Origin: Haplodiscus bocki
Taxonomy: Eukaryota
Assembly: GCA_965655095.1 (NCBI GenBank)
Contig: OZ296652.1
Span: 2,232,001 to 2,296,000, forward strand
Length of the DNA: 64,000 nt
Reading direction: 5' to 3'
Position 1 is the first letter of the stretch. Every line of letters starts with the position of its first letter. Below, piece by piece: positions 51,700 through 64,000 of the stretch. The position numbers were made by a program, and so were the translations under genes. The notes beneath the pieces were generated by a model. That model was not told the origin of the DNA. It was given only the letters and a program-made list of their open reading frames with translations, and searched no databases.

Positions 51700-52450
51700 C
51701 TCGTCCAGACATTAGATTCACCTCCTTTACAACTTTTCTTGCCGGAGCAACTGAATCTAGAGGGGCAGTGGGAGGTTGCAATTTCAGAAATATGAAACCC
51801 AGCAATATACCAAAATGTTACAAAGGGAAAATTCATGCTTTTCGACACAAAAAGTTCAAACACTTTAGAGTTTTTTGAACCAGAACCCGGTCTCTACCAT
51901 TTAGTTACCGATTTTGTTGAAGCCATGAACACGCTCATTCGAGAGAGACACAATCACACAGAAACTTCTGTCTCAGTTAAAGTGTCTCAAAGAACGCGAA
52001 AAGTTGATAGTCACCTCGCAAATGAGAGATTGGGCCTCGAATTTTTTACTACGGATTTGAGCCACTTTTGTGGAAGCAATGTTGGCAATGACTTTGTTTA
52101 CTGTTTAGAGGAAAAAGACCTCGCAAACCAGTGTTTGCTTATGATATTTTCCGCATACGTCCTCTCATGATATAAACAGACTTGTTTGACTACAATATTT
52201 GTTGGTGACACAAAAGCTCCATTGCTGCCTTGCTTTCCCTTCATTACCCAGGTAAATTTTGGAGACAATATTACTACTAGACAGTATATGAACTCTCAGA
52301 CATTTAGTAAGTTACAATTTAGACTACTGGTCAAAAAGTTTTCTCATAATTTTCACATTGACTTGAGGGATACGAGTGGAAAAAACGGGTTGTTTCTGCG
52401 GTTGTTTTTTGATTTGTTTTGACGTTTAGAAAAGCTTCCAATACTCATTT
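51700..52450 (+). pseudogene. Penton remnant, element A
   Basis: LPEQLNLEGQWEVAISE and VGDTKAPLL. Confidence 0.8.
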
Positions 52451-52829
52451 CTAACGAAGAACACGTTACAGGATGGTTGTTTGAAAACAATTAGTGATTC
52501 CATACATTACAGGTATTGGTCGACAGCATGGAAAAGGATTTGGTGCGCTTCAACAAAATATTTGGAGAAGAGCAATTCAATTTTTACGTAAATATGTCGT
52601 CACAGCGTGGGTATTGATTTGACGGAATTTCCCGCTCCAGACATTGCAGAGGTTGTAAGTGGTAGAAAAAGGTTTGAGAGCGCGGAAAAGAGTAAAAGAG
52701 TGTGGGAAGGGAAACTTTGAAAAAACAGTTGAGTAGTGGTAGTAAGAAGAGGAGAGTCGTTCCAACAAATTCCAACCAACAAGCAAGTCGGTCACTTGGA
52801 GATGTTTTTACAAAGAATTCTCGCTAATC

Positions 52830-54170
52830 ATGTCAAACAGTTTTTGGTACAAAACTTTTGTGGCAGTTTGTGGAAACCTTGAAAGGAAACTCACTTTAGT
52901 TGACAATGTCTTGTGGTCTCATAAGCAAGAAATTTATCCTACAACATCACTTGATGAAAACCGCATAGAGTTCAAAAATCAACCAGATCGGAACCTTTAC
53001 GTTGATTTGAGGGAGTTTTACTTGGCTTTGAAAAAGGAAATTGTCAAAAGTTGTGGTTACGAAACCTACAACAACAAAGACGTTAGAAAGGAGCACAAAG
53101 AAGAGGCAAAATGAGATGAAGCAATGATGGAAGTGGAAAAAGCTCCAGTTGCTCTAGTCAATCATGGGAACAACAATTAGCACTGAATTTTTTCCAATAC
53201 TCAGGTGTTTATCAATAGTCTGCAAGTGTACAATTCAAAAGGACTATATGCGCACAAATCTTACATTTGCAACATCTTCATGGGAGTTCTCTCTGGAGAC
53301 AAGGAGGTTTTGCACTGCGAGGGTTACGACTATAAAGAACTTCGTGATGGATTTATGGAAGCACTTTTGTCTGAACCGTTTTTTACAAGGAGACTGAAAT
53401 TGCTCAGTAGACCCGATGGCTTTAGGTTGTATGATATACTGGGGGTTGACTTCTCCTCCACCTCTGAACTGCTATAATCAAAGATGAAAATTAAGTTACG
53501 TCTTCTCAGAGCGCGGCCTAATTTTTACAAGATTAGTAACAACCTTAACGTTAGTCTTGGAATTGTTGATAGTTTGCTTTACACTCGTCGTAGTGCTCTC
53601 AAGGATGATGGTCTCAAGAAAAAATGGTCATGCTTGCATGTACTCTCGTGGAGTACAACTGATTGGAGATTTTATCAATCCTGCCAGACAAAACCAGTTT
53701 ATTCATGAAAACATTTACAACAAGGCTCCAGTTCGCGGAATTGCCATTGCAATGAATACAATCTCTGCAGTCACTGGAGCGTAAACGGAATTTCAACTCT
53801 GGTATAAGCAATTCGACCTCAGACAAAATAAACAACTCGGAGGATGTCAGTCAATCGTAGCCAATAAAGCCGCTGATATTTGTCACTTTTATGTTACGAC
53901 AAAAAAGCAATGAACTTTCCAGTTGACATCCCCTCAATTCCAATTGATAATCTGAAATACCACTATGTACTAGTGTTAGATTTGACTTCATTGCAGGAGG
54001 CGACTGAAAAATGTCCTTAACCAAAAGTAGTTGGAGAAACCTGAGACTGCACCTGGACGCCACATTCCATTCAGAACACGTTATTGAACTCATTGTATTG
54101 TTAGAACGAGTTTCTTTGATTGCAAATGACAAAATTGGTGTTGCCCGAAAGAAAATCTTATTTCTATAAA
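52830..54170 (+). pseudogene. Hexon (major capsid protein) remnant, element A
   Basis: ORF fragments 52830-53784 with YPTTSLDENRIEF, KLRLLRARPNFY and PARQNQFIHENIY..APVR. Confidence 0.8.
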
Positions 54171-54189
54171 TTTTTTCACCAAGAAACAT

Positions 54190-54550
54190 TCAATCGTACT
54201 CAACTACTTAAATATCGGTACCTTGGTTCAATTCCATCTGACTAGGTTTTTACTCTCGCTAACGCACTTTTGATATTATCAACACGCAACCCAGCACTAT
54301 GCAGGGTTAATATTGGATAATGTTTGCAAAGTTTAGTCATGAATTGTAGTTTGCACACTCCCTTGGACGTACCGTTTTCTGAAACAGCATTACAAGCAGA
54401 AGATGCCAAGACAGTTGCAGTCCCACCCGAGTGTTTGTGATTTCTACACGATGTATGAAACTTTTCATATCTTCAAGTTCTGTCAGGAAGAAATTACTGG
54501 AGCTCAAGATCACAATTGACTGTGTTTCATAAGTAATTACATGTAATTTG
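54190..54550 (+). pseudogene. Adenain-like (clan CE) cysteine protease remnant, element A
   Basis: IINTQPSTMQG*YW (decayed GxHW), FAHSLG and LQSHPSVC. Confidence 0.75.
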
Positions 54551-54699
54551 TTATTTTTTTCATTTCAAATGTGCAGTCTATAAGAAGTATTTGTTCAAAA
54601 TAATAACCTTTAATAATTTTTTTTAAACAATGAATCAATCTTTTATCCTTTTCACATAAAATCAAACACAAAAGTGTGATCTTTCTTATAAAATTTCCG

Positions 54700-55565
54700 C
54701 AGCCGTAATAGGAAATCCGCACGCGCAAAAAAAATGCCCGCAAGCGTAATGAAATGTCTGCAAGCTTAGTAAAAAATCCGCAAATTTATCTTAAATTATC
54801 CGCACGCCTATTAAGTTAACCGCACGCCTGACACAAAATCCGCGGCATTCTCGCAAAATTTCTCACAACATCCTCCCAGATACGAATCCCCCTAACAAAC
54901 ATCGTCTTTTCATCCCACGTACGCTCACTTAACACTACTGGACCCCCCATTCAAATAAAGCATTTTTCGATACAATAAACCCGTGATACATTGGAGTGAA
55001 CGCTCTCTTAAAACACTGGGACGACTTCATACGATGGGGTATTTCAAAATTTTGGGCTGTTTGGGGCACCTAGTCTCACAATGCCGGAAAATCGAAATCC
55101 TATCTGACTACCTTGAGTTAGTTTGCTCTATCTTAATATATTTGGGTGTATGAAAATACTGGGGTACCTTAAGATATTGTGCTTTCTAGGGCACCTAGTC
55201 CCACAGTGGCGCAACGTTTCACAGTGCCGAAAAGCTTCGAGTGAACCTTTTTCTAATACGAAGACGTAGTTTACCCGGTTTTAATACCTTGGAATATCTT
55301 AGTACCTTGAGGTTGTATACACTTTCCTAATAGATTGAGTTATCTGATTACATTGAGGTAATATCTTCGGGTAGTGACGAAAAGTCTTACAGTGCCAAAA
55401 AAATCCTACTTTAAAATATGACCCACGTTTTAACACAGGAGCCGAGGAGGTCTGCCTACTCAAAACACCGTTTTAGGCTCCATTTGGCTCTGGGACCGCT
55501 ATTGGCTATCTCAGTACATGTGAATCTTCCATGTGGGAGTTAGATTGATTCACTTAATTACTCCT
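54700..55565 (-). repeat. Right terminal inverted repeat of element A
   Basis: Reverse-complement similarity to 29354-29930. CCGCACGC repeats at 54700-54845. Confidence 0.7.
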
Positions 55566-56460
55566 ACCCTATTTTATTACAATGATGAGCTATCCCCAAT
55601 CTTTGTAAGTTGCTGGGGTATATCGTTTCTTGAAATATTGGCCAACTACGGCCTATCTTATTACATTGGCGAACTACGGCCTATTTTAATACCTTGCAAA
55701 GTTATATCCCCTCTTATTACAATGGTGAACTACAGCCTATCCTAAGACCTTGCTGAAGTATAAACTCTTTATTACATTGGCGAACTTTGGACTATTAAAT
55801 AACTTTGCTGACGACGTACATCTTCTTTTTTTTACATTGCCAAACTATGGACTCACTTGATACATTGCTAAAGTATATACTTTATTATTATTACATCTGC
55901 GAACTACGGACTAACTTGAAACATTGTTGAGGTAAATGCTGTTTTTATATTAGCGATTTAAGGCCTATCCTAAATCATTTCCATAGGTTTTCCGCGAAAC
56001 GTTGTCTACAGCCCATCAAAAGCGAGTATTACGTCAACCAATAGAAGCCGGGAGCTTCCGGGATATTCGTCAGCAATAATTTAGGATTGGAAATAGCTCC
56101 GCAACGTAATAAGGGAAAAGATACCCCAGCTATTTTCTACGATTGCGCATCGCTCATCAATGTAAAAACAGGGTAGACGTCAAAGTGTATCAAGATTGGG
56201 AATAGCTTAGCAATGTTTTTCGTTTGAGAATAGTTCAGCTTTAGCGATGTAATAAGACAGGGTCTACCTCAGCATCGTTGTAAGATAGGGAACAGATCAG
56301 GAATGCAATAAGGCAGGGTATACCTCAACAATGTGTTCGCCTGGTTGTAGTTCAGCAATGTATTGAGATAGGGTACACTCCAGCAAAGTATTAAGATAGC
56401 GTACACTCCTCAATATTGTTTTCAGACAGGGTATACTTCGGCAGTGTATTAATGTAGAGT
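55566..56460. repeat. Back-to-back decayed 28-bp-type arrays (forward 55566-55970, reverse ~56100-56460)
   Basis: CCTATCTTATTACATTGGCGAACTA units, then AATGTATTGAGATAGGGTA units. Confidence 0.65.
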
Positions 56461-57214
56461 ATGGATTTGCGTGCCCGAATCCTTGATTTGAAAAAAACTT
56501 TTGGCTATCGGTACAAACCGAGTGCATAAGAACGTCAATGTATTGGGATTTGCAACCCGAGCCACTTTTTTGGACAATGTTTTTTGATAGCGTGTAGAGC
56601 CCGTCCGTGCAGACAATAAAAAACGCTGAATCAGCCTTGAAGTTGAGAAGGTCGTACACTTATGCATCAAAATGTGCTTCAAATCTGCAGTATATGAAGA
56701 TGAGTTACAGGATTGGGGTATTTTGGGATGCCTAATGTTTGTTTTGAGCCACACACGTTTTGAAATTCTATTTTGGATTAAGTACGTCAATTTTGATAAG
56801 TACCAAGACTGTGGTAAGTAAAGTCCCGCAACCATTGTCAGCTAGAATCTGTGTAAAGGTCAGTTTTTCACCAGTCTTCTTCTCCTTACTGCTGACAAAA
56901 AATGATTGCAGGAAAGGGATTGAATTTTAAACAAAGTGCGTTTTCTTCCATTTTCCTGGTATTTTTTTTGAGAACACCGTTGATTTGCTAGATTTAGTGC
57001 GCCACATATTTCAGTCCATGGCCTCTTTGGAGTTTGTGTGTTGTCATAACACCATTTATCCCAAATTGAGAGGAGAATTGACGAGTGGCAGCTTGCAGCT
57101 GTGCATCTGGCGAATAACTCTCTGACAGACATTGTCTTTCACTTCTCTCCTTCCCAAGAACTTGGTTTTAACGTTGACAGTAGATATCATAATCCAGTCA
57201 GAATCCAAAAAACA

Positions 57215-57450
57215 AGTTGAAAATCAGATTTCGGAAAAAGAATTTTTTTGCAGCGTGTCAGATTTCGATTTCAAATCTTCACAATGCGACATATTTTCGA
57301 TTTAAAAATTTTAACGTGTGAGATATCCAATCAAACTATTTACAACGTGTCACATTTTAAACCTACTTTTTAAGCACGCGTCAGATCTTTAATTTTAAAT
57401 TAAAGGTGTAAGATTTTGAGTCTACTTCTTTTGCGGTTTGCCAAGTTTTG
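57215..57450. repeat. ~31-bp tandem array (ACAACGTGTCAGATTTT core)
   Basis: Same core as 42375-42870. Confidence 0.75.
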
Positions 57451-59099
57451 ATGCAATCATCAAAAAAGTGCACGTTTCAGTACTGCTTAACTGCATGGTA
57501 TTTGTTCGGTTAGTTAGGATATTTTGTTAGGATAGGTTTTGTGTCTCTCAATTGTGATCAACGTAAAAAAACATAATAAGACAACCAATCCGATTCGAGT
57601 GTGTTCATCAATATACTTGATTGGTAAATGGTATTCGTCAATTGTCTACTAGAGACTTTGGGGTTTGCAATGTATAGAGACAAGTAGTCTGGTTTTGATT
57701 ACGGGTTAATGAAGGTGTCGTGTTTTAAGATAAGGTAGTCAGCCGACCTGTTCACGTATTGAAGTTGGTGTACAGAAAGTGGAGGCTGAGGAGGGTGTGC
57801 ACCTATGTATTACTGTATAATGAATTTCTGTAATGTACTAAGATAGTTTGCGGCATCGACTGCTTATGGGAGTGTTACTCTATTAAGAATTTGTTGATGA
57901 AGTTTTACTTCTCAGTGAGAATCATCAAATAAGAAAAATTAAAAAAGAACGTTTTCAGAAAACAACAGAAACACTGCACCAGCAAACAATAGAAATCAAA
58001 CAACTGAAACAGATAGCTGCCCGTAAAAAAAACTACAGTTCATCACAAACGATGGAACTCCATCCATTGCTCCGAGCTCCCAAATATTACTCAACGCTTC
58101 AACCGTAGTAGCCATTTCGTTTACTTGTACGTCCGGAAAGTAATTTCCTTGCAAAAATGCAAAGCTGACGAGCAATCCCATCTTCTTACTGTCCATTGAT
58201 CGCTATGAAGAAAACAGCGAAAATAAGTCTGTTCTAGGTTGGTGAGTTGTTGTTTGAGGATACTGATTGGAGATAAAGTCCCCATCAGAAGCGTGGTTGA
58301 TGGTTGTATGAGTTGCTGAATCCATGTCCCATGTATTGCACGGGTTCAAAAAGATATTAGAGGTGTGATCCTTATCAATTGAAAAGTTATGGTGATTTAC
58401 TTTTTGAGGTACTTGGGGTTACTTGGGTTGCACTTCGGTTTTTGACAGGATCTGAATACGTTTTTCCTTTCTCGGTTGTTCTGTCTGGATTTTTTAGGAG
58501 ATTCAGGGTAGAAAGCAATACCGCAATCAAAGTCTACATAAGTCATGATATTCTCCTCCACAATGAAGTGCCCCATGTCATCGAAACAAATCGTCTTCTT
58601 GTAATTAGGACTAAAATTTGATTTAAGATCAACTTGCTGGCGCAAAATAGAATGCTCTGCAAGCTCTCTAGGATCGTATAGAGAGTCCTGGGTTTTATTA
58701 TAGCAGTATGTTGCCTCATGCAAAAAAGAAAAGTACTCATATTCGACAAAGGTTCAGCAATGAAATCTAATCACAGACAGGTATTGGTGAGAAATTTTTA
58801 TTATTGTTTGGGTACGTCAGTAGCTGGAGCAAGCAAGTTGCTGTTGTTGAGAACAATTACTATGGAACGATTTTTCAGGGTAGCATTTTTGCTGCTTTTA
58901 TATGATTTAAATCATTTCATACCTACCTTATATGGACAATCATATATTTTGATCAAAGACACTACAAATTTCTCAAGAAATGAGAACTTTCCTTTTTCTG
59001 TTATCTTAGTGCAAGAAATGAGATACTGTTTTTTTTCAGATTCATTTGCTCTTAGAACTGCATCGCTTGCGGTGATTGGTCAAGGATTTTTTTTCAGCG

Positions 59100-62000
59100 A
59101 TAGCAAAACTGGCAACGCTTTCCTTTCAAATAATCAGGGTTAAAAATTTGTCTTTGGATAAATAAATTTGAAGCTGTGGTTTTGTGGTTGAAAGCTTCAG
59201 ACCAAGAGATTTCTTTGCTAATGAATACTGTCGTGAAAGTTTTTGTCCCAATGCTTTTAACCTCCAAAATACAATATATGAGAAAATTTCAGTTTATGTT
59301 CTTTTCATGGATTTGACCGACACTTGACACGAAAGTACTCAAGGGATACTCAAGATAAATTTGTTCAATTTCAACACTTTACTCAGACAAAATGTCGGTT
59401 CAACAGAAGTTTTCATTCCGCTTGATTGATTATTTCAGACGAGTTGACTCTTTACAAGGGGAACTTGCTCCACTTGATTAATATATTCAAACAAAATGTC
59501 TCTGCTTGCGAAGATAAAAGTTTTTTTTTCAATTAGATTTTTCCCATAACTTTTTGTCCGCTGGAAAGAATACGATATGGTTGACAGCATCTCCTTTTAT
59601 GGTTGTTTGAATCAAAGTTTCTTTTTATGCCTAACTGGATCAGTCTTTCTCAATATGGTCATTTGACTCTGCCGTTCCTGTTAGTTTTTCCGTATATTTT
59701 AAAAAAGAATAAATGTCACTTGCTACAAAAATTTTTGAAATTTTTTCTCCTGCATTGCTAACCAAGTTACCGAGATTTTTAGGTTTACGTCAAATCAATC
59801 CGTAAAACACTTTCTACTGAGATGCTTCCTTCTAATCAGAACGAAAAATTAGCTTCTGTTGACTGTCATCCAGAAACAACAAAGAGGAACAGTGTACGAT
59901 ACAACAAAAGATGCTCAGTTGGGTCCCTCCACAGCACTAAATCACTGCAATTCTCAACGAACACCCAGAAACATCTCTTTTCACTTCTTTACTTTTCTCA
60001 AATTGTTGATTTGTTACTGTCCACTTTTTCTTCACAACAGTTATAGAGCGACTAACTTCTGTCAAAGGAAGGATATTTTCTGTGCAAATTAATGTCAACT
60101 TGTGTCCTTCAAGCTTTCACTGTCCTGGTAAATCTTGCAGCTTGCCATCCGACTCTGCACTCTGTTAGCCGGATCGGAAATAACACATTCTTAATGTTAG
60201 GATGTGCATGTTCATTCTTTTGTTCCTACCCTTTGCGTGTTGTTAGTTTTATACCGCATTAGTAAATTGAAGTTCACTTTTTGTAAAAGGTGATGTTGTC
60301 GATTCTAAGATCAGCTAAAAAATTTGGAGACCTTTTTCGATGGTTCCCGGAGTTTAACTAATAACCATATTACAATATTTAGTGAAGTGTTTGTAAAATG
60401 GTGGCTGAAAGTATCCGACCACGGAAACGAAAGATGACTAAATATTTTTTGGCAAACGGTGTGTCAGTGAAAAGTCAAGTTTCTGTCCGTCTACGCAAGA
60501 GCTTGATCTTCTTCTGGCTAAAACTCAAGCTCATCGAGGAAAGGTCACCGATGTACATGCTCCGTAAACTTCATTCTGTATGGTAAGCACTTCAATTTAC
60601 TAATCAAATATGGACTTTTTTCCATGATTAGTACACTTGAATTAGCTTGGAACCATTTGTCTGCTGATTGGTCGACAAAAGTTCTTTTCATGGTAAAAGT
60701 CTGTAAAAAATGTCCATTTTTGTACAACGAGGATTTCAGCTGTGGTCTTGTATTACACCCAAATCATATTTGTTTCACAAACATTTGAGTAGACAACGCT
60801 GTTACAACATTGACGGCTGCTGTTTTTACAAGCAAAGACCACTTTTTACTCAGCTCATTCACAAAACGTTTTGTTCTATTCCAAAACAGTGAATAAACTT
60901 CTAAAAAGAACAACAAAGAACTTCCTTTTCACAATGTCTTTGATAACAAACTGCGATGTTGCAAACCTCTTGAAAATAATATCTTGACTACGAAAAGCTG
61001 ATGTGTAGTGGTTTGACAATAGAAACTGCCCTAGTTAAAAAGAATCTCACTGAAATACAAGCTACTGCAGCAGAAAACTGTTACTACTTGTAAAAAGTGT
61101 GGGAGTTGGAAAAAATGCAGTCATTCAAAATCACTTTGCTCTGGTACAATAACAAAGATTTCGTTTAAACATTGGAGGCTTTGTAGAAAAAGGTCGAATT
61201 TTATCACATCAAAAGTTCTGATACGCTCAAGCTTGCATATATTTTACCTAACCTGGCCAAGATTTATCTGCACAGTACTACCAGTGCAAAATCTTATACA
61301 TTCAAAGAAAGCAAAAAAATTGCTTCCAAACAACCAGGAAGATTTGGTTGGAGGACCCTCAATAGTGTTTACACGTCAAGGTGTTGTTGACGAGACCCAC
61401 ATCCGCAAGTCCACAATTGATTGCAAATTGATTAATGGAATAGATGCCAGCCAAATTCACCCTAACTCAATGTGTCAACCTATGGCTACAAGGCTCTGCA
61501 CGAGATATGAGTTTATTGCAGATTTGCAAAGTTTCAAACCCCGTCAGAACAAACATCGAAGTTTCAAAAAAATGGTCATGTCATACTTTCAAGGAACCAG
61601 ACCGGACTGCATAAATGAGAGTTTTTACCCAAGGAGAACTCAGATAAAGATAGACTGTTTCAATGCATACGAGCTTCGTGAACATTGCAACACAGTGTTC
61701 GAAGCAATGGGTTGTTTCTGTCATTACTGTTTTTGTCGAGAGGCTTGATTTGCTCTAACTGAAGAGGACATTCAACATGGAAAAAAAGGGGAAGTGGATG
61801 AGATGCTCAAACAATATATCGAGGAGAAAGGTTAGACTGTTGTCGAAAAGTGGGAATGTGAATGGTGGAAACTCTACAAAACCGATGTGTCAATAAAGGA
61901 CTACATGCGACAGAATCATTGTCATACCAGCGCCCAGGATAAGCTTCTAAACAAAAAGAAATCAGGCGCATTGTTTGGTTGCGTACAGTGTGATGTCAAA

Positions 62001-62400
62001 GTTCCAGAACGGCTACGAGAAAAATTTACCAATTTGGCGCCGTTTTTCAAAACTACAACCGTATGTAGACAAGATATTTGTCCATTCAAGCAAGAGTATG
62101 CTGAGAGGGAACGAAAAATGTCCCAAGCGTGGCGAGTGTTTTTTTCTAGCGTTGAGCTAACCAATGACACTATCAAAACTCGCTTGCTACTCATCAACTT
62201 GGAGCTGCGAATCGTATGCACAAGATTTATCGCTTCGTTTGTTTACACCCCTGTGAATTGTCTTCACAATCTTGTGCAATCCACTGTCAATGCTCGCTGT
62301 CAAGAAGACGAGAATCCCAACTCCAGTGTTGTTGCAGAATCTAAGAAGTTGCTCGGAAAAAGTTGGAATGGTTATCAAAATATAGATTGAAGTCGCCATT
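59100..62400 (+). pseudogene. pPolB remnant, element D
   Basis: VGGPSIVFTR, GIDASQIHPNSMCQ, inserted FEAMGCFCHYC...WECEW nuclease-like segment and KKLLGKSWNGY. The 5' limit is uncertain. Confidence 0.8.
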
Positions 62401-62759
62401 TCTCAAGGTACACTCATCGAGATCTGATAAAAGGATTTTTTTCACTTAGTTTTCTTGCTGATTCTCTTCTATCGACTTCTTCTACACCTAACGTGATTCA
62501 AAATAACTCTCTTTGCTCTAGCATTTCAACTAGCTTTTTAACAGTTTCAAGATCTTCCCAAGTCCCCGAAATGGTAGAAGAGTGAGCAGATCAGTTGGGG
62601 AGGTCCCTATGTATTAAGATAGGCTATAGCAAGCCGACTGCAGCCGAGAGCCGAGAAGGGACCTCCACGTTAAACGAGAGCTCTCGGGTGACGTAATACT
62701 CGATTCTGACTGGCTGACGACTCGGGTGACGTAATACTCGAATTTGACTGCCTGCCGAC

Positions 62760-63180
62760 GGTAATGTATTAGGATAGGGTATAGTTCGGCTCAACGTTTT
62801 AAGATAGGGTACCAATGTATTAAGATAGGGTCTGGTTCGGTTCAATGTATCAAGATAGTGTATAGTTCGGCACTGTATTAAGATAGGGTATAGCTCGGGT
62901 CAATGTAGTAAGATAGGGTAAAGTTCGTCTCAATGTTTTACGATAGGATATAGTTGGGATCAATGTATTGAGATAGGGTATAGTTCGTCTCAATGTATTG
63001 ACATAGGGTAAAGCTCGGGTCAATGTATTAAGATAGGGTATCACTGTATTAAGATAGGTTATGGTTCGGTTCCATGTATTAAGATAGGGTAGCGTTCGGT
63101 TCAATGTAAAAAGATAGGGTATAAATCGGTTCAATCTATTAGGATATGGTATAGTTCGTGACAGCGTATTAAGATAGGCA
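62760..63180. repeat. Mostly 30-bp tandem array, about 15 copies, in the terminal repeat of element E
   Basis: Unit CAATGTATTAAGATAGGGTATAGTTCGGTT, with 28- and 21-bp variants. Confidence 0.9.
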
Positions 63181-63429
63181 ATGTCTCTAAGTAGTATAGG
63201 GGATGGGAGTTTTCACAACTGGAGGGGGGTCCTTTGCGAATGTGGGGTTTACAGTGGGTCTAATCCTTCCTTCTTTCGAGAGAGTTTTTGTAGACCTGCA
63301 TATTTTATCACGCGTGCGGATAATTTATCACGCGCTCGGAAGATTTGTTAAGCGTGCGGATGATTTTATTGAGGCAGCCGGAGGCATACGGCAGCGGCGG
63401 ATACTGATATGACTTAAGGCTATGTGAAA

Positions 63430-63810
63430 AGATTGTGTTAATGTTTTAAAAAGTTAATTAGATTGTATAAAAAATAGCAAAGATATTGTATAACCTGCGC
63501 GTTTTCATTATAGAAATTGAAAAATTGCATATAATTACTGATGAATGGAAGTACAATAACATCGTGAACTCCTGTAATTTCTTCTTGTCGGAATTTGAAG
63601 AGATGGAAAGCTGCATATATCGTGTAGAAACTGAAAACGCTGGGATGGGACTGTAGTTGTTCTGGCATCATCTGCTCATATTGCTGCTTTGGGTTGCGTA
63701 TTTAAAATGGCCAAAGTGTCAGTGTCAAGAGTTGGAACATCGTCAGAAGAAAAAGAGCCACGGTACCGATACTTGAATACTGGGATACGGTTGATTTTTG
63801 GCTGGAGAGA
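63430..63810 (-). pseudogene. Adenain-like protease remnant, element E
   Basis: YRGSFSSD..ILNTQP and LQSHPSVFSFY. The catalytic His region is deleted and the Cys is replaced. Confidence 0.75.
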
Positions 63811-64000
63811 AATATTATCCAATTCAGATGTCTTTTCCAAAACACCAATTTTGTCAACTGCAACCGAAGGCATTCGTTCTCTTCAGAGTTCAGTTACATG
63901 TTCTAGGGAAAAGTAAAGTTTAGCTCCAGCGTCAGTGGTTCTCCAACTAGTTCTGGGTAATGATAATTTTCGGTAGCCTCTTGCATTGAAGTCAAATCGA
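63810..64000 (-). pseudogene. Hexon C-terminus, element E
   Basis: DLTSMQEATENYHYPELVGEPLTLELNF. Homologous to 53980-54170. Confidence 0.75.

Larger units (their letters stand above)
29354..55565. mobile_element. Polinton/Maverick (adintovirus-like) element A, split by element B. Left arm 29354-~34800, right arm ~49000-55565
   Basis: The ends are diverged inverted repeats and the left end starts AGTAGT. Left arm carries pPolB (-) and small ORFs (+). Right arm carries exonuclease, ATPase, INT, penton, core, hexon and protease (+). Confidence 0.75.
56460..62400. mobile_element. Polinton fragment D: accessory ORFs, central array and pPolB
   Basis: ~31-bp array at 57215-57450. pPolB on + strand, truncated at 62400. 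Confidence 0.65.
62573..64000 (-). mobile_element. Left end of Polinton element E (same family as B); continues beyond the window
   Basis: Terminal repeat followed by protease and the hexon C-terminus on the minus strand. Confidence 0.8.

Noticed and set aside
62850-63134. Repetitive ORF (PYLNTL repeats)
   Set aside because: Translation artefact of the 30-bp terminal array.
62760-63180. CRISPR-like look of the conserved-core arrays (also 48458-48790 and 42375-42870)
   Set aside because: Linkers are only about 2-14 nt and similar to each other rather than unique spacers. There are no cas genes and the context is eukaryotic.

Overview
Eukaryotic, probably animal, repeat-dense DNA made almost entirely of nested, decayed mobile elements. 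I found no intact host gene, rRNA, tRNA or CRISPR array. Positions 1-18.5 kb hold two diverged Ty3/Gypsy LTR retrotransposons on the minus strand. The younger one (G1, <1-10790) appears inserted into the 3' region of the older one (G2). G1 has gag with two CCHC knuckles, a U UUA AAC -1 frameshift site and a PR-RT-RH-IN pol. Downstream of pol, both elements carry a gene on the opposite strand. In G1 this gene reconstructs as 5 exons joined by four short GT-AG introns with matching phases, and its product resembles a hAT-type transposase that has lost its catalytic residues. A third decayed homologue lies at about 18.9-21.3 kb. This antisense spliced cargo gene is the most novel signal in the window. 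Positions 22-64 kb hold about five decayed Polinton/Maverick (adintovirus-like) elements encoding pPolB, integrase, packaging ATPase, penton, hexon, adenain protease and a DEDD exonuclease. One element is nested in inverted orientation inside another, there is an apparent gene-conversion tract between their hexon genes, and the termini and centres carry iteron-like tandem arrays. Boundaries of decayed genes are approximate, and family assignments come from motif recognition by eye, not database searches.
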